Of a stretch of DNA of 64,000 nt, positions 35,864 through 46,037 are shown one piece after another; position 1 is the first letter of the stretch; every line of letters starts with the position of its first letter. A program made the translations under genes and the position numbers. Source of the DNA: Rhynchopus sp. YZ270_cl-10 (lineage: Eukaryota); assembly GCA_964035575.1 (NCBI GenBank), contig OZ037838.1:1302001-1366000 (forward strand), written 5' to 3'. The notes under the pieces were generated by a model. The model was not told the origin of the DNA. It saw only the letters and a list, made by a program, of their open reading frames with translations, and ran no database searches.

Positions 35864-36451
35864 CCACTTAGGGGGTCTCCTGGTCAGTATATTAGCTGTC
35901 CGAAAAATTAGTAAATAAATAAAAAATGCTCTATGTGCTCAGAAACGGCACAGGGGTCCCCCAGAAAACATTTTCTGCACAATTCGTCACAACCCGCACT
36001 GGATTAGTGCCTTTTTTTGGGCCTAAAATTCAAAAATTCAAAAATGGCTTTGTACAAGGGCGTTTTTTGCGTGTTTTTTCATGATTTTTCAAAGTCGCCA
36101 AAAATCATGTAAAATACGGCTTCCCACCCAACATTCTCCCCACAGCGTCGTTCTGACACCCATATGCCCCAAAAAAAACAGGTTTTTTTATATTTTTTTC
36201 CACACCCAATGCATCATAAAAAATACACATTTCCACCAAACTCTACTAACCCACCGCACCCACAGGAAAATTTCTTAACTATGTGTACCTAAGTGTTCAG
36301 ATCGACGCGTTTTTAAAAAAAAGTAAAACAAAATCATAAAAAATGGGGTAAAACGCCACCTGGGGTCACAAGGCCCAGGCTCCTACCTTTACAGGTAGGG
36401 GAGCTGTTGAGTGACCCATCGGAAAATGGGTCAATGTCTATTCATGAAATC

Positions 36452-37336
36452 TTTTGAGCCGTACTGTATTGTGCCAATTGGTCGCCAGCTAAAATGTCAC
36501 TATTCGAACCAGTTCTGTCTTCTGTAACGTGTCTTATGGGTGCATGCTGCGTGCGCTGGCTGTAATTGCGATATTTTGATTCAAATTGTATTGTACTAAT
36601 TGGTCGCCAGCTAAAATGTCACTAATCGAACTAGTTCTCACATCTGTAACCTGTCTTATGGCTGTATGCTGCGTGCGCTGGCTGCAATTGCGATATTTTG
36701 AGAAGAATTGTATTGTACTAATTGGTCGCCAGCTAAAATGTCACTATTCGAACCAGTTCTGTCTTCTGTAACGTGTCTTATGGGTGCATGCTGCGTGCGC
36801 TGGCTGCAATTGCGATATTTTGAGTCAGATTGTATTGTACTAATTGGTCGCCAGCTAAAATGTCACTATTCGAACTAGTTCTGTCTTCTGTTACCTGTCT
36901 TATGGCTGTATGCTGCGTGCGCTGGCTGCACTTGCGATATTTTGAGTCAGATTGTATTGTACTAATTGGTCGCCAGCTAAAATGTCACTATTTGAACCAG
37001 TTCTGTCTTCTGTTACCTGTCTTATGGGTGTATGCTGCGTGCGCTGGCTGCAATTGCGATATTTTGAGTCGAATTGTATTGTACTAATTGGTCGCCAGCT
37101 AAAATGTCACTATTTGAACCAGTTCTGTCTTCTGTAACCTGTCTTATGGGTGCATGCTGCGTGCGCTGGCTACAATTGAGATATTTTGAGCCGAATTGTA
37201 TGGTACTACTTGGTCGCCAGCTAAAATGTCACTATTCGAACCAGTTCTCACATCTGTAACCTGTCTTATGGGTGCATGCTGCGTGCGCTGGCTGCAATTG
37301 CGATATTTTGATCCGAATTGTATTGTGCTAATTGGT
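36452..37336. repeat. 122-bp tandem satellite A, ~7.2 copies
   Basis: Units start at 36465, 36587, 36709, 36831, 36953, 37075, 37197 and 37319. Confidence 0.95.
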
Positions 37337-37339
37337 TAT

Positions 37340-37893
37340 GAAGGGACGTGTCTTATTCTTGCGGTATATTTTGGATGATATCGGCTACGCTGCGGTGCTC
37401 GCAACAGCTGGGGGTGGTGGTGGAGATGTGATGCAGGTGCTGACATTGAGGTAAAGAACAAGGACGCTGCGTGTTGAGAAGGTGTCGGTCAGAGCAGGTG
37501 CGGAAGTGTGTGTCACAGACAACAATCGAAACACATGTCTTATCCTTGCGGCACATCACACCGAGACTGTACGCACTCTTCTGTGCCTGCCTGAGGTGGA
37601 TTGTGTGAATCAGTCAAATACGAGCGGCTTCACTCCACTGCATGGCGCAGTGTCACAGAAACACCCAGATGTGTCGAAGTTGCTCATTGATGCAGGGGCA
37701 GACATCGAAGCCGTTAATTACATAGGCAGGACACCTCTTCACTGTGCTTGTGAGGTTGGGGCACTCGAAATTGTGGAGATGTTGGTGAAAGCAGGTGCGG
37801 ACGAGAGTGTGGTGGACAACAAGAGTCACACATCTCTCAACATTGCGGCATATCGTGGGCATACCGAGACTGTGCGCTATCTTGTGGGCTTGC
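37340..37893 (+). pseudogene. Ankyrin-repeat gene fragment captured in the transposon
   Basis: GFTPLHGAV...LLIDAGADIEA, GRTPLHCAC...LVKAGAD and TSLNIAAYRGHTETVRYLV motifs; no ATG start; truncated by the internal TAGGGGGTCTC end. Confidence 0.8.
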
Positions 37894-37979
37894 TAGGGGG
37901 TCTCCTGGTCAGTATATTAGCTGTCCGAAAAATTAGTAAATAAATATAAAATGCTCTATGTGCTCAGAAACGGCATAAC

Positions 37980-38256
37980 TTGACATGTGTTTATGGAATT
38001 GGTCCCGTACCAAGGTGTCTTGTTCGGTGTGATTTGTGCTGAAATGGATAGATTCTGAGGGTAAATGCTGCAAGCGCTAGGTATTCCGTGACGCAAATAA
38101 ATTGACATGTGTTTGTGGATTTGGTCCCGTACCAAGGTGTCTTGTTGGATGTGATTTGTGCTGAAATGGATAGATTCTGAGGGTAAATGCTGCAAGCGCT
38201 AGGTATTCCGTGACGCAAATAAATTGACATGTGTTTGTGGAATTGGTCCCGTACCA
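37980..38256. repeat. 122-bp tandem satellite B, ~2.3 copies
   Basis: TGACATGTGT recurs at 37981, 38103 and 38225. Confidence 0.92.
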
Positions 38257-38274
38257 CAACCGCAACCGCAATAA

Positions 38275-39473
38275 TTAGGGAAGACGGCTGGCAAGCGGAA
38301 GAGAGATGAGAGTGATGCAGAGAGTGATGCAAAGAAGCAGAAGAAGTCCACTGCAAAGAATGCTGCTGCGAACAGCCAGGGGAAAGAGGAGTCTGCGAGT
38401 GGGGTGAAGCGCAGCAGTGATGACGGCGCCGATGCCGAGTGGCCCGGACTCGATATCGCTATGGCTGTGAGCAAGCAGGAGTCCGCAGGCCCGGCGGCAG
38501 GGACGACACGTGCCAGTGGGTTGCCACATGGAATACAGGATACGGGGTTTCTGCACCAGGAAGAACTTCTGGTGCACAACATGTAGAGGGTTCTCCCCAT
38601 TGCGCTGGACGATGTGGAAGATTCGACCTATGGATTCTCCTCTTTGCACATGGTGGGATACGAAACCTCCTTAGCAGTGTCGCCGCCAGGATTCCAGGCC
38701 AATGATGTGACGTCGCTCACCTCGCGCCCTATCGCAACTCGGGGAGACGGAGCATGTGCGTTGCATGCGTTGCTGGGGAGGCATTTGTTGCATGGCGAGA
38801 TTGTGTGCCGAGGTCTGCCAGATGTGACGGAGTCACAGCTCAGGGACAGGCCTTGGCATCATGCCAGGGTATATGCGTTGAGAGAGCTCGTCAAGCATAG
38901 TGGCTTGTTCTTGAGGTGTGCCCGACAGTTTTGCGGCTTGACTCCAAGCTCGATAAGCACTGTGCGGACGCGAAGGCCGAGTTGACCAGACTCGAGTCGC
39001 TACGAGGTGCTCTCATTTTTGAGCACGTCAAGGCTAGGGATTTGTGTGCTGAAGATTCGCAGTTCTTACTGGAAATGAGGACGCTGCATGAACTTCATCG
39101 CGAGATGAGTCACGCGGACTTCATGCCACACGTGAATCCGGATTTGTGCAATGAGGGTTACAAGACGTGTGACCACATTCGTGAACGTGTGCGCGACGTT
39201 GCTGTTGCTGATCTCTTCCCGCAGGATGAGGCTGTTCAGCGTCAGACAGATGTGATCACGCGCAAGCAGGAGGAGTTCTATTCCTCAAGAGGCGTACAGG
39301 AAGAAGTTCGTCAGTCGGGACTATTACCTGTCTGTGAAGAAATCGAGGCAGTGGCAGTGGCGTTCGGCAAAAGGGTGCTATTGGTCCACGAGGACACCAA
39401 TACTTGTGTTGTGATGAATCCGGAAGCGACCCATGTTCGCGTCATCCTGCAACAAGGGGACAGCAGCACCTGA
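38275..39473 (+). pseudogene. Degenerate gene with an NLS-like basic N-terminus and an OTU-like cysteine protease motif
   Basis: One frame runs KRKRDESD... through a TAG at 38584 to TRGDGACALHALLG (compare OTU GDGxC.F.AL). After a frameshift comes EEIEAVAVAFGKRVLLVH...VRVILQQG, similar to an OTU C-terminal half. Confidence 0.45.
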
Positions 39474-39963
39474 GAAGTGCCATTTCTCCCTGCTGAAACA
39501 AAACTCGCGCACGCCACCAAATTTCCAGTGTCCGCAGTGTCGCACCACTTATTTTTTTCGCATTTTGAGGGGGGGGAAATGCAAAATGAAAACAAAATTT
39601 TGGTAGATTCACAGAATTCAGATTTTTGCTAAGGTGCTGGCAGCTGGCCCCAAAAAAAAAAAAAAAATATTTTCCCCCCACATTTTTTGGTCCAGGGTCA
39701 CAAAAAAAAATCTCCGATTCCTGAAACCCCAAATCCTGGCGGAAACCCTGCCGGGGGGGGAAAAACAAAAAAAAAAAATTTTGTTTTTTTTGACAAAAAC
39801 GGCCAAAAACGACAAAATAGTTTTTACGACAAAAATTCCTTCACAAATTGTACAGGATGAGACCCCCTACTCCACTCAGGCGTAACGCAAACATCACAAA
39901 CACACAAAACAAAACTACACACCTCATCTCCCAACAGAGGTGGAACAAGAAGAAGACAAAACA

Positions 39964-41094
39964 ATGGATGTGACCTTTGTGCTGGAAGAGTCAGGCGTGA
40001 CTGCGACAGTGGAGGTGCCGTGCGAGGCGGACGTTGCAGCGGCAAAGGAGGTTGCGTGCACGGCGCTTGCTGTCTCGCCTGCGTCTGTCGAGATGCGCAT
40101 CGGCACGCAGGTGCTGGAGGGGGCGTGCCGTCTGCAGGACACTGCGTTTGATGCAGGGGTGCAGGTTGTGCTTGCCCGCCGCTTTGCCGACATCAAGTGT
40201 CCTGCTGAGTACAATGTTTGTGTGAGGGAGGCAGAATTTTTGTCGCTGTCTCCTTGTGGAGCACTCTGCCTCTATTGTTATGAGATATGTGCTGGTGGCG
40301 ATTACGTTGCGCATGTTGGTGGCTTCGACACAGAAACCTTCAACGCTTCATTAGCTTTTTCAGAAGGCAACAGCCTTTTCATGTACGGTCCGCCTGCCAT
40401 CTCACAGTGCAAGACGCGCTGCTACCTACCGTGTGGGCAAGACTTACGCAAGGTTGCGCTTCCTGGTGGGGAGGTGCTCCGCAAAGTTGAAGGCCGCTCG
40501 TACGCAGTGTTCGCGTGTGGTGGTGTTGTTGTCTCCCAAGGCAATGACGGAGTCTCTGTGTATGACGAAGACCTGACGTTGCTGCGTTCTATCTCACACA
40601 AGAGTTGTGAAGGCTTGGCAGTATCGGACTGTGGTGGGTGGGTGATCACCTCCTCGAAGGAGAGGAACGCACGTCTGTGGGATGTGAACACAGGTGAAGC
40701 TGTGGCATGTGTGCCTATGTCAAGGTACGCTGTAGCGCTGTCACGGTCTGCCTCTGTCTTTGCTGTGGTGGGCTCTGTGGCTGAGGCAGCGAGAGTGCAG
40801 CTCTACGACTGGAGTGGTGCGGCTCTTCAGAACGCCACTATATCTGGAAGTGTCTATGGCGTGCAATTCACCCACTGTGGGAAGTACCTTGTGGTCCATG
40901 TACAAAAGCGCACTGACGATGAAGCAGAATATGAGCTGCAACAGTATGATGTGGCGACCATGTCCTGTGTACTTGTGATCCCGGACGTCACCGGTGCGTC
41001 ATTTGCGATATCACCGTGTTCGCGTGTGGTTGTGTTCGTATCCTCCGACAGCACCAATATTTCGACAAGGCATCTGTACCCCCACAACGAGTGA
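39964..41094 (+). CDS. Ubl-WD40 family copy 15
   Basis: Intact ORF from ATG 39964; its 3' part and downstream spacer closely match copy 1. Confidence 0.88.
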   Translation: MDVTFVLEESGVTATVEVPCEADVAAAKEVACTALAVSPASVEMRIGTQVLEGACRLQDTAFDAGVQVVLARRFADIKCPAEYNVCVREAEFLSLSPCGALCLYCYEICAGGDYVAHVGGFDTETFNASLAFSEGNSLFMYGPPAISQCKTRCYLPCGQDLRKVALPGGEVLRKVEGRSYAVFACGGVVVSQGNDGVSVYDEDLTLLRSISHKSCEGLAVSDCGGWVITSSKERNARLWDVNTGEAVACVPMSRYAVALSRSASVFAVVGSVAEAARVQLYDWSGAALQNATISGSVYGVQFTHCGKYLVVHVQKRTDDEAEYELQQYDVATMSCVLVIPDVTGASFAISPCSRVVVFVSSDSTNISTRHLYPHNE

Positions 41095-41685
41095 TGTTCA
41101 TGCTTTGGCACCATGTGAAATGGGTGTGGTGACTTGCCCCCTTGTATTCCGTGGAGGCGGAAGAACTGGTGTCGTCAACAGAAGCCTGCGTCTTGCCACC
41201 ACACACCTATCCAGTGATGGCAGATCTGCATCCACGAGCAAGACACCGCAGACCACCTTGTCGCAGCCGAACACCACATCGCCTCCCGCCAGGCCGCCCT
41301 CGTCGCCCTCCACACAGAGATGTGCGCCATGGTGAGACCTATTCATGTGCTCACTGCCGTTCATTTTTGTCCTGTACCCCAGAACTTCTACCCTAACCCA
41401 AAACAACGACCCCCATCCCTCGTCCCCTTTTTCAACTGTCCACCAAACAGAACATTACATTGCATCACACCAATTCCCTCGAGAGCAACGCTTTTTGGAC
41501 ACGCTTTTTAAACGTCTTTTCTGTCTCACTCCACGACTCATTCGTCTTAACTTTCACAACCTCATGGAAGCACAGTGGTCTCACTCACAACACAACCCAC
41601 CAAATCACACGAAACCTCCCCAGGGCTCCCCCTCCTCAACTCCCCCCCACTCTCTCTCTCAGAAACAAGGGGAAGGGAGGGCGCC

Positions 41686-44425
41686 ATGACTTCCCAACTG
41701 GGTTGCACCAACCGTACTCAACGTGATATTATTGAGATCATCAAATGCGGGCAACGTATTGTCACGCAGTTTACGGATACGGTGTTCGAAATTCACAAGC
41801 CCATTGATGCTATGGTACAGAGACTGCTGTCGCCAGATGCCTGCTTATCGGTGATGGTGTCGGGTCATGGAAAGTGCGGGAAGTCTGAGCTTATCAATGC
41901 CCTTTTGGGAGAAACGCTGCTGCAATGCAGTGGGAGCGACGGTGCAGAGGTGACAACACATTTTCCTTTACGCATTAAGGCTGGTATCTCGGATATACCG
42001 TTACTTCATGGAGCCTCCGGTCGGCCGCTTGCTGTCGAAGTACCCTCCATCCGCGAATGGATCCGCGCCGAAAACACACGCCAGCACGACGCCCAAAAGC
42101 ACTACCACGAAGCCTCCAAAAAGGAGGCGCGCATCCACCACCAATACTCCCTTGCCGGCCTCCCTCGACCCGAACCTCAGGTCTTCGTCGAAAATACGGA
42201 CATCCCGGTACTAGAATGCACCCCATTCTTCTTGAGGGATATGCAGTGCGAGTTGGAAGTGTCCATTATGGATACATGCCGTGATACGCCGTTTGCGTCT
42301 ACAAGACAGAGGGGCCATGTTGCGTATGATGCTGATGTGTTTACGTTGATGATCGATTATTGGAAGCTTAAGACTGAGCAGGAGGCGGATGTGTTCTCGG
42401 TGCTGCCGCAGTCTGCGTTGCTGCCGTTGCATGCGGAGAGGTACATCTTTGTGGTGGTCAACGCAGATGCGTTGTTTCTGAACACAGTCATCGATGACAG
42501 CGAGCCCTTCAAAAGCGTGGCCGAAGTGAAGTCCTACGTTCTCGAAATGCTCCGACCGCTCTTCGGCAAAGTAAGCAAAGAACAGGTGCTAGTACTCTAT
42601 GGGAAGCTGGCAGTGCACGCTCGCATAGTGCATCACAACAAAGGGGAGGTGCCTCTGGAAATATTGTATGACTACTGTGAGCTTGGTTACGGAAGCCAAT
42701 TCATGCAGACGGTGGATAAGATACCGCTGGAGGAGCTTCAAATGCAGAGTACGAACCATGCGTCGGAACGGCTGCAAAGTTCGGGTCTTCTCGCGTGTGA
42801 GCGTGCCTTTCGGACGGTAGGTTTCAATGGAGGGTCGTTGTTTTTGTTGTCGGTAGCGAGCGAGGCGTATACGCTGTTTTCGTCTTTTTCGGCGGCGCTT
42901 GAAGGCGCGCACCCAGGACTGCAGAAGCAGCAGACGGTGACAGAGGAGGAGCTGGAGCAGCTGCTGACGGAGCAAGACTTCATTGGGACGCGGCTGGAGC
43001 AGGTTCGTACTATCACGTCGCTCATGCGGACGGAGCTGGAGTCGCTGCTTGAGGAAAGCCTTGGGAGCTTCTGGGAGTCGTGCTTTGCGCAGCTGAAGGA
43101 TATCCTCCACGGGGCGGACATCGACTCCTTCAAGCTCCGCCAAAAGACTGCGGCAGGTGACGTCATCCGCCATGTCGCGTACTTCAAAGAGTTTGTTGAG
43201 ACACGTTACATCCGTGACAGACGCTTCATTGAATCCCGCGAACGTCGTCGTACCACAGCCTCAGATGACGACCGGTCCAGTGGTATGCTGACACAGAACT
43301 GCACATATGATACTGTTTTCCATGGATACACGTACAGTTCCGTATTCATGCGAAAAGCAATTTGAGTGTATCTCTAACAACCAAAACAAAAAATAGGCCC
43401 AAAGTGAACAATAAAATTACAATTTTTCTCCACCTCTCACCACCACCCCCCCTCATCCAGACGACGGAAACTACAAATTCTGCGACGAAGAGGACAGTGT
43501 CGGGCACAGCCAGCATCGTCTCTCCAGCTCCCTCCCCGATGCGCAGTCGCGGAACGGCACCCCACCCAGCGAGGCCTCCGCACCAGACGCGAAGACACTC
43601 AAAACATCGCTCAACGAAGACGCGCTGATGACTGCCGTCGACCACATTGTGGAGGAGAACGCGCTCTTCCTCGACGTCAACCGCGCAGGGTTTCTGGACG
43701 CCATCCAATCAGACCTCGCTTCCAAGGTCCTCTCTGTTGGGCAGGCCTTCACACACTTCGTCAAAGACGAGCTTCAACTCGTCCTTCCCGCTCTTGTCGA
43801 AGTCTGCCTCGTACGCAAAGAACAGCTCTCCGAAATGCTGTTAAACAAAGCAGTAGGGCTGCTTGAGGCTACCCAAAACCGGCTTGGAAAAAGCATGGAT
43901 CTAAATGAACTGCTTTCACATTGGAAGGACTTCAATATTGTTGCCCCTGATGAACGTGTTCTCAACAATTTTGTGAGAGAGCTTCCATATGAGGCAACAG
44001 ATATCTTTGTGAAAACACTTCTTCCGACGATTAATATTGGGGCAGAAGTGTCGGAGGCCACCGTGTCTGCGAAGATCACGGAGGCAGTTTTGGCGGCGTG
44101 GAGTGAGGTGTTGACGACAAAGGATACGTATGCGGTCACAACGTATGACCGTGTCGGGGTGGCGGCATGTCTCGATTCGCTCCGGCATGAGATCACGTCC
44201 TATGTGAGTGCCTACTCGGATGACATTGCGTCCTCTATCTCGACCCAGCAAGAGCAGCTCGACCTCCTCACGTCACACAGAGATGAGCTGAACGCACAGC
44301 AACATCTCATAAAGGTTCCCCTCGAGGAGCTCCATGGCGTGGTGCACCTCCTAAGAGAAGGCGTGCAGTGGGACTACGACGCTGCTGCAGCGATAAAAGA
44401 AGACCAGTTGGGGGCAGAAGATTAG
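41686..44425 (+). CDS. Dynamin-like (mitofusin/bacterial DLP-type) GTPase-domain protein; join(41686..43282,43461..44425), ~853 aa
   Basis: P-loop SGHGKCGKSELINALLGETLL, G2-like VTTHFP, long helical/coiled-coil C-terminus. A GTATGC...CATCCAG intron joins ORFs 41575 and 43628 in frame. Confidence 0.72.
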
Positions 44426-45101
44426 CCCTTTTTCTTTCTTTTCATGCGTTTTTCAATCGTAAAAATCGACCGTAAAAAAGGTCGAACTTCCAGAAAAAAT
44501 ACTGAAAAGGTCGAACATCATTACGAGAATTTTTACGATTATGTGAGCAGATTTGAAAGTAAAAAACCCTCCGATTTTGTCCTTTGTTCAATAATATTTT
44601 AATATGACTCTAGAGTGAGAGAAGTTTCGCCTTTTTGTTTAACGCCATTTTTGTTTCTTTAATTGGGTGCATTCAGCTGTAATTTTTTTAAAACGAAAAT
44701 CTTTTTTTAAATGGGGGAGGGTTTTGTGTGTTGTGAAGCGGTGGCTTTCGTTACCTTAATGTAAGACTCTGTGTGGGTGTCACGAGAGGTTCATACTGCA
44801 TCAATAACTACCATTCAACCGAGATGTGTTTTTTAGCACGTTTCAACTTCTCTTTCCTTTTCTTGATAACGGATGTGATCAAGATGACTAAGCGCGAGAG
44901 GCTTAGGATCATCTGTTTAATTCTTTTCTTTCTTTTGCTTGTGCTCTCATCCGGATGGCTGGCATCGTACGTGGGTCAGTCGGAGGTGCCTGCATTAATA
45001 ACTTCACGTTCTGTCTTATTCTCTGATTGTATAGGTTTCCACCTATCGCCCAGCGCCTCCCCTCCCTCTGCTCTTTGAAATAACGCCCTTCAAAATACAA
45101 G

Positions 45102-45803
45102 CAGGGTATTAGGGTGGTTAAAAAAACTGGTTTTGAAAACCAGTTTTTCCAAAAACTGGTTTTCAAAAAAAAAAAAAAAACAGAGAAATCTGGAGGGGAA
45201 AAAAAAACCGACACTTTTCACCAGGCCTTTCTGTAAATGTCGTCCCCAGATTAGGGCGGACTCGATTTTTTCCCCCTCATTTTTTCCCCGCCTGGTAGAA
45301 CCGTGGTTGAACCACGGGAGTGCCTTTGGGAAATGGCTGTTCCTTGATTTTTTTTTTTGCCTGCGGCGCCATTTTTCATTTTTTGCTCCGCAAAAAAGGG
45401 TTCGTTTAGTGGCTCTGTGGTGTAAAAAGCTAGATTTTTACACCGTACCCTCAAAAATTTTCGCCTGCGGCGCCATTTTATGTTTTTTTGAAAACTTGGT
45501 TGTATTAGTGTAGACACCGAGGATGAACTCCACTATAAGTTTTTTTTTTTTTTGCTCCGCAAAAAAAAGAAAACATGGTCCCTCTGTTCCCAATGTCTAC
45601 CCTGGGTCAGCAGCGCCGAAAAATATTTTGAAATCTGGATTCCTGGATAAGACACTGACCCCACCCCCGAAAAACCCGAAAAAGGTGACTGTGTCCGTCA
45701 ACGGTGGAGGTTTTCGCCGGAAACACTAGTTTTCGCCACCCAGGAGAGAAAACCAGAAAAACCAGTTTTTTCTGGAATTTTGGATTTTCACCCTAATACC
45801 CTG
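45102..45803. mobile_element. 702-bp MITE
   Basis: 15-bp perfect TIR CAGGGTATTAGGGTG / CACCCTAATACCCTG and 7-bp TSD ATACAAG (45095-45101, 45804-45810). Confidence 0.88.
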
Positions 45804-46037
45804 ATACAAGAAAATTCAAAAAAAAAACTAACCATGACATGATGTTCCGTTTTTCTTATTCATTTCTAACTTCCACAATACTAAATCACACCTTTCAGAT
45901 ATTCACACAATACACGCGGCAATACTCCCGCTACTTTTATTTTGTTTTCTCTCATTTTTTTTTTTGCACCTTTTTTTTCAACTCTCTCTGCACACTTCAA
46001 CCCTTCCTAGAATTTCTGTTTTTTTTCCAACAGAAAA

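Larger units (their letters stand above)
35869..39869. mobile_element. 4.0-kb non-autonomous DNA transposon carrying captured gene fragments
   Basis: TIRs TAGGGGGTCTC / GAGACCCCCTA and a 7-bp TSD CTCCACT (35862-35868, 39870-39876). The left-end 82 bp is repeated internally at 37894-37975. No transposase seen. Confidence 0.8.

Noticed and set aside
36586..37378. Repeated 60-85 aa ORFs MYCTNWSPAK...
   Set aside because: Products of the 122-bp satellite; the period is not a multiple of 3.
38584..38586. TAG reassignment or readthrough
   Set aside because: TAG, TGA and TAA all terminate other gene models here, and this ORF also has a frameshift, so decay is the simpler explanation.
1..41094. Diversity-generating retroelement behind the hypervariability
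   Set aside because: No reverse transcriptase or template/variable repeat pair; differences are not adenine-specific and include long indels.
45102..45260. Telomeric TTAGGG repeats
   Set aside because: Only isolated hexamers, one within the MITE TIR; no tandem array.
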